Virus record (IMG/VR): IMGVR_UViG_3300025276_000075
Location: 1-38,658 of that record
Source: a virus
Taxonomy: Duplodnaviria; Caudoviricetes
Direction: 5' to 3' (one strand)
Length of the DNA: 38,658 nucleotides
This document shows positions 1 to 7,195 of the stretch, in pieces. The notes under the pieces were generated by a model. The model worked only from the letters and a program-made list of their open reading frames with translations, did not search any database and was not told the DNA's origin. Made by a program: the position numbers and the translations under genes. The number at the start of each line of letters is the position of its first letter. The first letter of the stretch is position 1.

Positions 1-212
1 CCCTTGCTTATGTTCTCAGCGTGACGGCTCTCAAATGCCTTGCGCTGTCCTACCGTTTGGTTGGTCTTAACGCCTTGCTGCCCGAATCGGATTGTCTTAA
101 CCGTATCGCCTTCTTTAGCTACGACGATATGGGACTTGGTAGGGTGGCTAGGAGTGCGCTTAGGTTTGTTATACCCACTGACCCCCGCTTTTTTGAGCCT
201 CGAATCTGTCAT
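1..212 (-). CDS. Small basic conserved phage protein, runs off the window edge
   Basis: Not in the ORF track. My translation from ATG 212: MTDSRLKKAGVSGYNKPKRTPSHPTKSHIVVAKEGDTVKTIRFGQQGVKTNQTVGQRKAFESRHAENISK...; ATGA overlap with the upstream stop at 209-211; resembles a small protein common in marine phages. Confidence 0.8.
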   Translation of the reverse strand, partial: MTDSRLKKAGVSGYNKPKRTPSHPTKSHIVVAKEGDTVKTIRFGQQGVKTNQTVGQRKAFESRHAENISK

Positions 213-523
213 TTTCGCTTCCTTTGCTCAACAAGCTCTCCTTGAGCGTTAATTCGACTATGATTTTTTTCTATCCAATTTTCAGCTTCACTTTGAGACG
301 GGAACAGCGGGTACTTGTTCAGACCCTCAGATCTCGCACGTTGAAGCGCAGCAGCCGTACTCAACAGTTCGCCGTCAACCATCGTCGGAATAACTCTAGT
401 GCCGTCCTCAAACCCGAAAGAACCCATCCTTACGTTGCTAGTAGAGGGTGAGCCGTCCAGATTTTTAAAAGGATGGTTCGTCGGAAATATTTTCTTATTT
501 TTAACCCCAGAAACCTTCGGCAT
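209..523 (-). CDS. Hypothetical phage protein
   Basis: AGGAG 6 nt before ATG 523 (alternative GTG 526); coupled to the next gene by ATGA. Confidence 0.75.
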   Translation of the reverse strand: MPKVSGVKNKKIFPTNHPFKNLDGSPSTSNVRMGSFGFEDGTRVIPTMVDGELLSTAAALQRARSEGLNKYPLFPSQSEAENWIEKNHSRINAQGELVEQRKRK

Positions 524-1008
524 CACATTCTCCTAATTATTTTTTTGTATATTTTTTGGAACACTTTGTCAGAAAGACCGCCCCCCCTAATAGGGAACAT
601 CCCCCCCCCAATTGATTAGGTGTAACTCCATATCAGTGTCCGTAGAAGCCTCTGTATGGCTGTATAAGCCATTCTCTATTTGCTTGGCTAAGTAGTACAG
701 CTCACCCCCGAGTCGCAGGGAGGTGACCATTGGGACGATGTAAGCGTCAAAGGTGAACTCATTCATGTCCAAGAAGTTACATGCCGCAACACGATGCATT
801 AATATTTGCTCCATTTTTGCCTCGGTACTCTCATAAGACCCGTAGGGGGTCAAAATACGGTGTTTGTTACTGAGATCACCCACATGGAACCACCCCCGCG
901 AACGACGCCACCACCAGACGACTACCCCCCCCTCCCCAACACACTGCAGCATGGATCATCGATGGTGGTGATGACGCAGTGATTGCACCTTATCTAGATG
1001 TAGCTCGG

Positions 1009-1467
1009 CTAGTGTAAGTCGTTGTCTTCAAAAGGAATTTCCCCCTGAATTTCGCCGACTTCATCGTCCTCAAGGTCTAAATCAGTCAAATCCGCAAGAA
1101 AACTGCCGCTATATTGGACGACTTCCGATTTGTCCGGCGCTTGCCAGCCCTCAGCTTTGAAAAGCTGTTCGATAGCTCTGAGCCTGTCTGAATCCTTTTC
1201 TGCGGACACGCCGAGATCTTCCAGCGCATTGATCCATCGATCCCTTCTATCTTCTGAATCCTTGCTCATATCGTCTCTAATCCTCTGTATTGCTGCCTTT
1301 ACACTAATATTTCCCAACAACCGGAATGCTTGATGATTTGCGTGAGAATACCCTGCCGACTCAGCTGATCGTGTTGCATTGCCTGATGTCACATAGTTAT
1401 CCACGAACTTTTGCTGTCGCATGTTCAAAGGCTTAACTGTTTCGGCTGTCTTGCTCTCTATGTGCAT
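1009..1467 (-). CDS. terS: Terminase small subunit (Terminase_2-type HTH)
   Basis: LNMRQQKFVDNYVTSGNATRSAESAGYS...AFRLL...VKAAI signature; acidic C-terminal tail. Confidence 0.9.
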   Translation of the reverse strand: MHIESKTAETVKPLNMRQQKFVDNYVTSGNATRSAESAGYSHANHQAFRLLGNISVKAAIQRIRDDMSKDSEDRRDRWINALEDLGVSAEKDSDRLRAIEQLFKAEGWQAPDKSEVVQYSGSFLADLTDLDLEDDEVGEIQGEIPFEDNDLH

Positions 1468-1524
1468 CTGTTACATCCCCTATAGGAGTATGTAGAACTG
1501 GGGTGGGTTTTTGTTTTTCCCGCG

Positions 1525-1797
1525 CTAGAAAAATTTACTCGCCGCTGCGATGGCTGCCGCGAAGACTACCCACGCAGCCCGCTCTGCAACCATGCCTTTA
1601 CCTGACACGCGAGCCATAGCCGTCTCTGCGTCGCGAATATTTCCTTCAAGAAGGTCGAGCCTGAGTTCGTGCCTATCTAAGCGCTTGTGACTACTGACAA
1701 GGCGCTCATCTATCCGCGCAAGAACCGCTACGGTTTCGCTCAGCTGATCTAGCTTAAGCTCTATACGATCAAATCTTTTTTCTATGTCCAAGGTCAT
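1525..1797 (-). CDS. Coiled-coil protein with C-terminal membrane helix (XhlA/holin-accessory-like)
   Basis: Heptad-rich N-terminus, then hydrophobic AAWVVFAAAIAAA. Confidence 0.65.
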   Translation of the reverse strand: MTLDIEKRFDRIELKLDQLSETVAVLARIDERLVSSHKRLDRHELRLDLLEGNIRDAETAMARVSGKGMVAERAAWVVFAAAIAAASKFF

Positions 1798-1843
1798 CCG
1801 CCAGCCAGTACCCGTGCAGGGTTCAGTCGTCTGTGTAAGTAGA

Positions 1844-1849
1844 ATTATA
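1844..1849 (-). promoter_or_regulatory. Candidate -10 box (TATAAT) of a leftward late promoter, no good -35
   Basis: attata at 1844-1849 reads TATAAT on the - strand, upstream of the 90-aa gene and terS. Confidence 0.4.
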
Positions 1850-1890
1850 CCCTAAAAAGCCGCTTAAATGATTTATTTCGTCTGGAAGTG

Positions 1891-1920
1891 TTGACACGGG
1901 GACGACTAAGGAAGTACAGT
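1891..1920 (+). promoter_or_regulatory. Sigma70-type early promoter
   Basis: TTGACA (1891-1896), N18, TACAGT (1915-1920); AT-rich upstream; heads the + strand early operon. Confidence 0.65.
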
Positions 1921-1951
1921 GCAGCCTCAAGTGGTTATTTACCACTACCCA

Positions 1952-1965
1952 AGCCTGAGGAGGCA
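1952..1965 (+). promoter_or_regulatory. SD-containing leader hairpin, copy 1 (AGCCTGAGGAGGCA)
   Basis: GCCT/AGGC stem enclosing the SD, 4 nt before ATG 1970; near-identical copies at 2276 and 3265. Confidence 0.7.
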
Positions 1966-1969
1966 CAGC

Positions 1970-2224
1970 ATGAATTTGACAATAAAAAGCAAAATCCTAA
2001 ACACGACACTAACTTTCTCCCGTCCCGGTACTGCATCTATCTACGCCGATATCAACGGACTGGAAGGCACTCGCGGTAAGCAAATCTGTCGCGGCGGCGA
2101 GTTGTCTGGAAGCACGATCTCCTACTATGGCGACGACGAAAAAGCTTTCCGCTCAGTCTGCCGTGCTTGGTACAGGGCTTATGCTGCCGATATGGTCGCC
2201 TATAAGGATCTCTTCCGCATATAA
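1970..2224 (+). CDS. Early hypothetical protein (84 aa)
   Basis: GAGGAGG SD before ATG 1970 (MNLTIK...); the track start at 1919 overlaps the promoter. Confidence 0.8.
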   Translation: MNLTIKSKILNTTLTFSRPGTASIYADINGLEGTRGKQICRGGELSGSTISYYGDDEKAFRSVCRAWYRAYAADMVAYKDLFRI

Positions 2225-2275
2225 CAGTAGTAGGAAGCGGGGTGGGGTTTGTTTTTTCCCGCCCACAAATTTTTT

Positions 2276-2289
2276 AGCCTGAGGGGGCA
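2276..2289 (+). promoter_or_regulatory. SD-containing leader hairpin, copy 2 (AGCCTGAGGGGGCA)
   Basis: One mismatch from copy 1; the stem is kept through a G-U pair; precedes the ardC ATG at 2295. Confidence 0.65.
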
Positions 2290-2294
2290 ACAAC

Positions 2295-3164
2295 ATGAAA
2301 AAAAATATCAAGGAAACAATCACGGCTCAAATGATCGAGATGATCGAAGAAGCTCAAGAAACGGGTGCAGACTTCACGATGCCCTTCAAGACTCTTGGCG
2401 GCAGACCTCACAACGCTTTAACTGGCAAAAACTATCGAGGACTTAATGCGCTTTGGCTGGGCATGCTTGGCGCTCTCACCGTTGCCACATACAAGCAATG
2501 GGCTGAACGGGGTTATCAGGTTCAGAAAGGCAGCAAGTCGATACCGATATCAGTGCCGCTGATGGGCAAAAACAAAAAGACCGGTGATTCTGAAATGTAC
2601 GGGTTTCGCGCAGCGTCAGTCTTCGCGTCGAATTGTGTACTTCACGCCGAAACAAACGAGCCGTGGATTGCGCCAGAGCTGCCCACCGTCGACCTCACTG
2701 AGCGACTCGCGGCAGTCGATGAGTATGTCAGTAACTTGCGCTTTGACATCCGTCACAGCGAGCAGGGTGGGGCGTACTACTCGCCAGCTAGTGACTTCAT
2801 AAACATGCCTCACCGTGAGCAGTTTATTGCCACCGACACTTCGACAGCGACCGAATGTTACTACAGCACGTTGCTGCATGAGTCGGCACATTGCACTGGT
2901 CACAAATCACGCCTTGATCGCTTAGAGCTTAAGAACAAAAAGGGCTATGCGTTTGAAGAGCTGGTCGCTGAGTTATCCGCTGCATTTCTCTGCAACCATC
3001 TGCAAGTGTCTAGTAGTCCAAGGGAAGACCATGCTCAGTACCTTAAATCATGGCTGGGCGCTTTAGGCAGTGATACAGATTACATATTCAAAGCTGCTAG
3101 CGAAGCGCAGAAGGTCATGGACTACATGGATGAGCAGCAACTTCCCTTAGCGATGGCGGCATAG
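2295..3164 (+). CDS. ardC: ArdC-family antirestriction protein (ssDNA-binding N-domain plus zincin-like metallopeptidase)
   Basis: N-terminal P.NALTGKNYRGLN and TYKQW...GYQVQKGSK; C-terminal AYYSPASDFINMP, YYSTLLHESAHCTGH, RLDR, YAFEELVAEL, YLKSWL. Confidence 0.93.
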   Translation: MKKNIKETITAQMIEMIEEAQETGADFTMPFKTLGGRPHNALTGKNYRGLNALWLGMLGALTVATYKQWAERGYQVQKGSKSIPISVPLMGKNKKTGDSEMYGFRAASVFASNCVLHAETNEPWIAPELPTVDLTERLAAVDEYVSNLRFDIRHSEQGGAYYSPASDFINMPHREQFIATDTSTATECYYSTLLHESAHCTGHKSRLDRLELKNKKGYAFEELVAELSAAFLCNHLQVSSSPREDHAQYLKSWLGALGSDTDYIFKAASEAQKVMDYMDEQQLPLAMAA

Positions 3165-3198
3165 AGGTGTGAGGTTTGTTTTTTCCGCCCCAAAAAAA

Positions 3199-3264
3199 TC
3201 TCACTGACGAGTTGCTGGGGTGGTTACCCAGTCGAAAGAGCCAACAGGCTCTCTGAGAAAACCA
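3199..3264 (+). ncRNA. Type I hammerhead ribozyme HH1 with loop II/3'-tail pseudoknot
   Basis: Stem I TCTCA(3199)/TGAGA(3254); core CTGACGA 3204-3210; stem II CTGGG/CCCAG; GAAA 3234-3237; stem III GAGCC/GGCTC; CUC cleavage after 3253; loop TGGTT pairs with AACCA 3260-3264. Confidence 0.85.
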
Positions 3265-3278
3265 AGCCTAAGGAGGCA
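3265..3278 (+). promoter_or_regulatory. SD-containing leader hairpin, copy 3 (AGCCTAAGGAGGCA)
   Basis: Immediately follows HH1; precedes ATG 3283. Confidence 0.7.
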
Positions 3279-3282
3279 AATT

Positions 3283-3480
3283 ATGAAGCATTCAGTAACT
3301 CTTGAGCAAGAAACACTAAAGCACGATGGACAACCTGTCCGCTTGATGTCAAGTATCGGCTTCCCGTCCATGCAGGACGCATGCGAATTCGTTGATGATA
3401 GCCGCAGAGACGGTGAGTCGGGTGACATTATCCGCAGATACACCGACCAAACATTGATTGAAAAGTGGACAGTCAGATGA
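3283..3480 (+). CDS. Early hypothetical protein (65 aa)
   Basis: AAGGAGG SD before ATG 3283 (MKHSVTLEQ...); the track start at 3220 lies inside the ribozyme. Confidence 0.75.
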   Translation: MKHSVTLEQETLKHDGQPVRLMSSIGFPSMQDACEFVDDSRRDGESGDIIRRYTDQTLIEKWTVR

Positions 3481-4103
3481 GCAGCAAAGCGGCATGTGTA
3501 AGAGCGCTTAAAAAGTTGGGCGGAAATCTTGAGCATGATGATCAGCCTGGGTGGTATACGCGATTAGTAGCACCAACGGGCTGCCATTGGGATGACGATG
3601 GCGTACATGCTCACTGCGTTTATTGGAACGCTACGCCAAGCCAGAAGCCCGCGTATTGGGATCTAGCGCTGCTAGAAATCAGCGGTCTCGGCGATGCTGA
3701 ACCGTGCGACAAGTCAACCTGCAACTCATGGTTCGATGATGTCGGCTGCGAGGTTTGGGCAGATTCCCTCCAACTGACGAGACCAGCTAGTTACTGGTCG
3801 AAACTTAACCTGTACGGAATGGCGCACTGGTTGAGTCTTGGAAAACTACTAATCAAAAAAGGAAACATGAGCAAAATGCAAACTCTTTCCATGAATAAAA
3901 AAATCGAGTCTGAGACTATAGAGCGACAGGTTGAAGAATTTCTGAGCGGCGGGGGCGTTATAAACTATCTTCGTACAGGAATTATAAAGCCCGTCGAGTC
4001 GCTTTCTCAAAACGAATTTCACTCAAAACTTAAAGCCGCTTCAGACGAGCGCAAGGCAGCTTACGGTAGACGCTACCAAGCAAAGATGGAGAAAAACAAA
4101 TGA
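3477..4103 (+). CDS. Cys/Trp-rich early protein whose frame reads through HH2 into the SutA-like gene
   Basis: ATGA overlap at 3477-3480; no stop before or inside the hammerhead; in frame with ATG 3867. Confidence 0.6.
   Translation: MSSKAACVRALKKLGGNLEHDDQPGWYTRLVAPTGCHWDDDGVHAHCVYWNATPSQKPAYWDLALLEISGLGDAEPCDKSTCNSWFDDVGCEVWADSLQLTRPASYWSKLNLYGMAHWLSLGKLLIKKGNMSKMQTLSMNKKIESETIERQVEEFLSGGGVINYLRTGIIKPVESLSQNEFHSKLKAASDERKAAYGRRYQAKMEKNK
3769..3848 (+). ncRNA. Type I hammerhead ribozyme HH2 with loop II/3'-tail pseudoknot
   Basis: Stem I TCCAA(3769)/TTGGA(3838); core CTGACGA 3774-3780; perfect stem II GACCAG/CTGGTC; GAAA 3800-3803; stem III CTTAACC/GGTTGAG; GUC cleavage after 3837; loop TAGTT pairs with AACTA 3844-3848. 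Confidence 0.92.
3867..4103 (+). CDS. SutA-like RNA-polymerase-binding-domain protein (78 aa)
   Basis: Own SD (AAGGA) before ATG 3867; IERQVEEFLSGGGVINYL matches the Pseudomonas SutA core LAKAMEEFLSRGGKVQEI as I recall it. Confidence 0.65.
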   Translation: MSKMQTLSMNKKIESETIERQVEEFLSGGGVINYLRTGIIKPVESLSQNEFHSKLKAASDERKAAYGRRYQAKMEKNK

Positions 4104-4228
4104 CCGTAAATTTTAGCAATGGCGACAAATTTTACTTTCCAAATGTGCCCACTAAAGAAACGCCCAAGGCAGTCGTTCAGCAAAAAGACTGGGTGCGTGA
4201 CTCAAAGGGCAATTGGGTCAGAGGATGA
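4100..4228 (+). CDS. Small hypothetical protein (42 aa)
   Basis: Below the track cutoff; MTVNFSNGDKFYFPNVPTKETPKAVVQQKDWVRDSKGNWVRG; GGAG SD; ATGA overlaps at both ends. Confidence 0.7.
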   Translation: MTVNFSNGDKFYFPNVPTKETPKAVVQQKDWVRDSKGNWVRG

Positions 4229-4401
4229 CTATGTACAAATGCGGTGACTGCCATTTTTGGGGCGGCTTTGATGAGATTGTCGTTGCGCGAGAGAGTGAAC
4301 ATCACCCCTTTGGTGACTCGACAGCCGAGGAGACTTTCATTTATTGGCATTGTCCTAAGTGTCACAGTGAAGATGTAACTGGGTGGCATCAAGAGGGGTG
4401 A
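4225..4401 (+). CDS. Small zinc-ribbon protein
   Basis: YKCGDC...HCPKCHSED; ATGA overlap at 4225-4228. Confidence 0.75.
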   Translation: MTMYKCGDCHFWGGFDEIVVARESEHHPFGDSTAEETFIYWHCPKCHSEDVTGWHQEG

Positions 4402-4445
4402 ATTAGTATCTATCCGCACCTTGATTTTTGCTGCGGTAACAGCCA

Positions 4446-4481
4446 CAGCCCCTGCGGGGGCTGACTTCTTGTTCGTTTTTT
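4446..4481 (+). terminator. Probable intrinsic terminator
   Basis: CAGCCCC-TGCG-GGGGCTG hairpin followed by an imperfect T-rich tract. Confidence 0.5.
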
Positions 4482-4532
4482 AGCTGCAATCGCGTGGTTG
4501 CATCTAACAAATTAACCAGAGGACGAAAAACG

Positions 4533-4841
4533 ATGTTTCAATTTCAAGAAAGATTAGAAAAGGCAGGAATCGCCGACACCCGAAGCCCCTATTTAGCTCA
4601 GGCGATCGCCAATTTGCACTCAGCTATAGCAGCATGCGACCCCGTCAACCAAAGAGTTTTTGCAGAAATTTATCCCTACGCGGTTCGAGCAGCGGTCGAG
4701 TTTGCAAGAATTGAGCAGCAAAATCAGGATCTTTGGGGGGTGAGTGATAGAGATGATTGGATAAGTTACTATGACGACTATGAGCAGCAAATGCGCGAGT
4801 GGCTGGCTGGCAATGTGGACGGCGGCAGAGAGCTGTCATAA
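4533..4841 (+). CDS. Hypothetical protein
   Basis: GAGGA SD before ATG 4533 (MFQFQERLEK...). Confidence 0.75.
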   Translation: MFQFQERLEKAGIADTRSPYLAQAIANLHSAIAACDPVNQRVFAEIYPYAVRAAVEFARIEQQNQDLWGVSDRDDWISYYDDYEQQMREWLAGNVDGGRELS

Positions 4842-4925
4842 GCTTTTAAACGCTGCACTTATATGCGCGAGTTTGTGCGCGAGTAACTGCTGAGGAAGCT
4901 AAACAGAAAGGATGATGATGAGACT

Positions 4926-5147
4926 ATGAAAGACGCAAAAAGAAAGCGTAAAGATGAGGACACGAATGCGGAGCTAGCTAAAATCATGGCAAAGCATCAA
5001 CTTGCGGTGCAAGATGTTGCCGACCTGATCGAGGTAAGCTATGAGTCGGTGATCAACTGGGGGCGAGTCTCTAGACCAGCGACTATGCCTAAAGTTGCTC
5101 TCCTAGCTCTACGTTTGAGTATCGAAGTAAAAACTTTAAGGGGATAA
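4926..5147 (+). CDS. Small XRE-like HTH DNA-binding protein
   Basis: LAVQDVADLIEVSYESVINW helix-turn-helix pattern, followed by MPKVAL. Confidence 0.7.
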   Translation: MKDAKRKRKDEDTNAELAKIMAKHQLAVQDVADLIEVSYESVINWGRVSRPATMPKVALLALRLSIEVKTLRG

Positions 5148-5523
5148 GAAAAACCCACTTAGGATGCCGGTCTGTAGTCCCTAGAATGCGAACTGGCTCC
5201 AATTTCTCACAAAGGATGCACTCAAGTATCCCTTGCTTGCTAAACCAAAATTCTCCACTACCTGTGTTAATGACCCAATAATCCGCCAAAGATACACTGA
5301 AAGCTGACGGCTTGTTATGGTAATACTCAATCACAACATTGCCGGTTTTCTGGCTCATCGGGTCGTATTTAACCTCAACAGTTTTACCTAGCTCTGGAAT
5401 CTTGATGTCAAACTCAGGGTGAAGCCCTTCAGCTCGCTTGGCGTTCGGGAAAAGAGAGCGCAAACGCCGAAGCAGATCATCCTCAACAGCTACACCTCTC
5501 TTTAGATCCTCTTTAAACCCCAT
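5089..5523 (-). CDS. PD-(D/E)XK nuclease-fold protein
   Basis: G...E, EFDIKIP, TVEVKYD, TGNVVIEYY motifs; likely start MGFKEDL at 5523. Confidence 0.7.
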   Translation of the reverse strand: MGFKEDLKRGVAVEDDLLRRLRSLFPNAKRAEGLHPEFDIKIPELGKTVEVKYDPMSQKTGNVVIEYYHNKPSAFSVSLADYWVINTGSGEFWFSKQGILECILCEKLEPVRILGTTDRHPKWVFLIPLKFLLRYSNVELGEQL

Positions 5524-5809
5524 TGCGTTTCCGATTGCGTTCACGCTTCCACAATGTCATTACACCAGTCTCAACGAGTTTTCTGGTGTGGCTGGGCGTG
5601 GCGTTGAGTGGGATGCTGTCTATTGCAGCAGCTCGCTCTTCTTTACTTGGCAGGTCCAAGATATTACTTGGCAGATAGTAAGGCAGTGTTGCCGTGGCTA
5701 AATCGTGAAACCCTTCCTCCAGATTATCTTCTATAAACTGAAGACACAGGGGGTAGTATCCTTGTTTTGCCGCTAATTTTATGAGCCTGTTAAAGTCACT
5801 CGGTCTCAT
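5513..5809 (-). CDS. Hypothetical protein
   Basis: GGAGG SD; overlaps both neighbours in the operon. Confidence 0.75.
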   Translation of the reverse strand: MRPSDFNRLIKLAAKQGYYPLCLQFIEDNLEEGFHDLATATLPYYLPSNILDLPSKEERAAAIDSIPLNATPSHTRKLVETGVMTLWKRERNRKRNGV

Positions 5810-6200
5810 TCGGCACCTCCAAGTGTTCCCTCATCAACAAAATTCCCGTTTCCCAATCCACAGTAATCGTCTCCGTAGTCTTCATTGCGTAGTCGCTCAT
5901 AATCGATAACGGGAACACCATCTTGATTGGTTGCCTGTCGAACTTATATATCAGTACGGGTATGTGCGTATCGCCAGCCGATGTCTTCGCTTGCTCCCAC
6001 CACTCAGGTTTGTACCAGTGACCACTCGCGTATCGCTTGGCTTCAATCATTAAATTATGAAACTCAATGTCGGCTTTGCCAGCAATTTGATATTGGTCGA
6101 GGTTTCGCTTCAGGTGACTAGCACACGAACCGAACTCATCTTGAAACATCTTGATAAGCTCGCGCTCGAACGCATGCCCTTTAGCTCTCCCGTTAATCAA
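5796..6200 (-). CDS. Holliday-junction-resolvase-like PD-(D/E)XK nuclease
   Basis: GRAKGHAFERE...ADI...IEAKRY...WWEQA...PVLIYK motif series. Confidence 0.8.
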   Translation of the reverse strand: MINGRAKGHAFERELIKMFQDEFGSCASHLKRNLDQYQIAGKADIEFHNLMIEAKRYASGHWYKPEWWEQAKTSAGDTHIPVLIYKFDRQPIKMVFPLSIMSDYAMKTTETITVDWETGILLMREHLEVPNETE

Positions 6201-6556
6201 CTCTCTTCCTCAATTAACCAGCCGAGATAAACCTGAGCCTTCTGAAGATCCACCAGCGGCGTACCCTTTTTCTCATAGCGCCACATGTATTTCTGAATAT
6301 TGCCTTTTAGATAACCTTTAAATGCCACATCGGACATGGACTCATGAATTGCATCGATGCACTCGACCTTGCCGGTAGTGTAGTGGGAAGGATGCTCGAC
6401 CTCTGGGGCTGTGAAGGCACCGAGATCGGAGTGAGTTGAAACAGGCAGCTTTTCTGCGTGGTCTTGAGCTAAGTTTTTGGCGTAAATTTCAGCTTCTTTA
6501 AAAGCTTTTTCAGTCAATTCGTCCGAGTCCTGCGGTATTGCGTCATTGATGCTCAT
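6197..6556 (-). CDS. DUF3310 / T7 gp1.7-like (nucleotide kinase-like) protein
   Basis: VEHPSHY...ECIDAI...GNIQKYMWRYEKKG...DLQKAQVYL. Confidence 0.88.
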   Translation of the reverse strand: MSINDAIPQDSDELTEKAFKEAEIYAKNLAQDHAEKLPVSTHSDLGAFTAPEVEHPSHYTTGKVECIDAIHESMSDVAFKGYLKGNIQKYMWRYEKKGTPLVDLQKAQVYLGWLIEEES

Positions 6557-6860
6557 CTTGCTTCTCCATTATTTTGTTGCGAGTCCACTCGAGAAGAAAT
6601 ATTTGGGTGCCGTATCTCTCTTCAAAGCGGAATTTAAAGGGGTGACGACTGGTGTAGCTGGCAATGTCTTCGCCACCGCGATGGTGCTTGTAGCAAAGGG
6701 GTATCGAATTAAGGTGCGCCCCTTTTTTAGTCTTGCCATCAATGTGATGCACCTCTGCTTCCGAAAAAACATTGAACTGACGATGGCATACGCAACAGCC
6801 AAGCTGAGTGATATCGTCCATCCATTTTTTATCAATTGCATTCGCACCGCGACCTTTCAC
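6543..6860 (-). CDS. Ref-family (recombination enhancement) HNH nuclease
   Basis: LGCCVC...AEVHHI...IPLCYKHHRG...FEERYGTQ..LL. Confidence 0.8.
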   Translation of the reverse strand: MKGRGANAIDKKWMDDITQLGCCVCHRQFNVFSEAEVHHIDGKTKKGAHLNSIPLCYKHHRGGEDIASYTSRHPFKFRFEERYGTQIFLLEWTRNKIMEKQDEHQ

Positions 6861-7195
6861 GTTCCGTAAACCCGCCTCTCTGCTCGCTCACTTGCCAGCA
6901 TCGATTGCCAAATCTTGAACTCAACTTCAGCCGCCAGCATCTCGCTCTTTGCAGCCGCCAGCATCCCCTTAGCCTTACCTCTGGCAAGTCGAACCTCGTA
7001 CACAGACAGATCCTCGTCAGACGCCCTGAGTTGGGCAGCGTTGGTCTTTGCTCCGGCATGCTCAGCTCTCATCATCACGGTCGCGATTGTTCGCTTTTCA
7101 TCTGCGTCAGCCTTTCCCAACTCGTACTCGGCTTTGCCGACATTAGCTCCTGCGGCTCGAATATTCTTTGCAAAATCTTCTTGGTCCATCGTCAA
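6857..7195 (-). CDS. Coiled-coil hypothetical protein
   Basis: AGGAGG SD; helical Ala/Glu-rich sequence; coupled to neighbours. Confidence 0.75.
   Translation of the reverse strand: MTMDQEDFAKNIRAAGANVGKAEYELGKADADEKRTIATVMMRAEHAGAKTNAAQLRASDEDLSVYEVRLARGKAKGMLAAAKSEMLAAEVEFKIWQSMLASERAERRVYGT

Noticed and set aside
587-952. 121-aa minus-strand ORF
   Set aside because: No convincing SD, odd composition driven by G-tracts (GEGGVVVWWWRR); more likely non-coding
3220-3282. Upstream GTG start given by the track for the 3283 gene (same issue at 1919 and 4494)
   Set aside because: Falls inside the ribozyme or promoter/leader; downstream ATGs have strong SDs
4890-4910. CTGAGGA...GAAA as a third hammerhead
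   Set aside because: No stem II or stem III pairing and no NUH site in position
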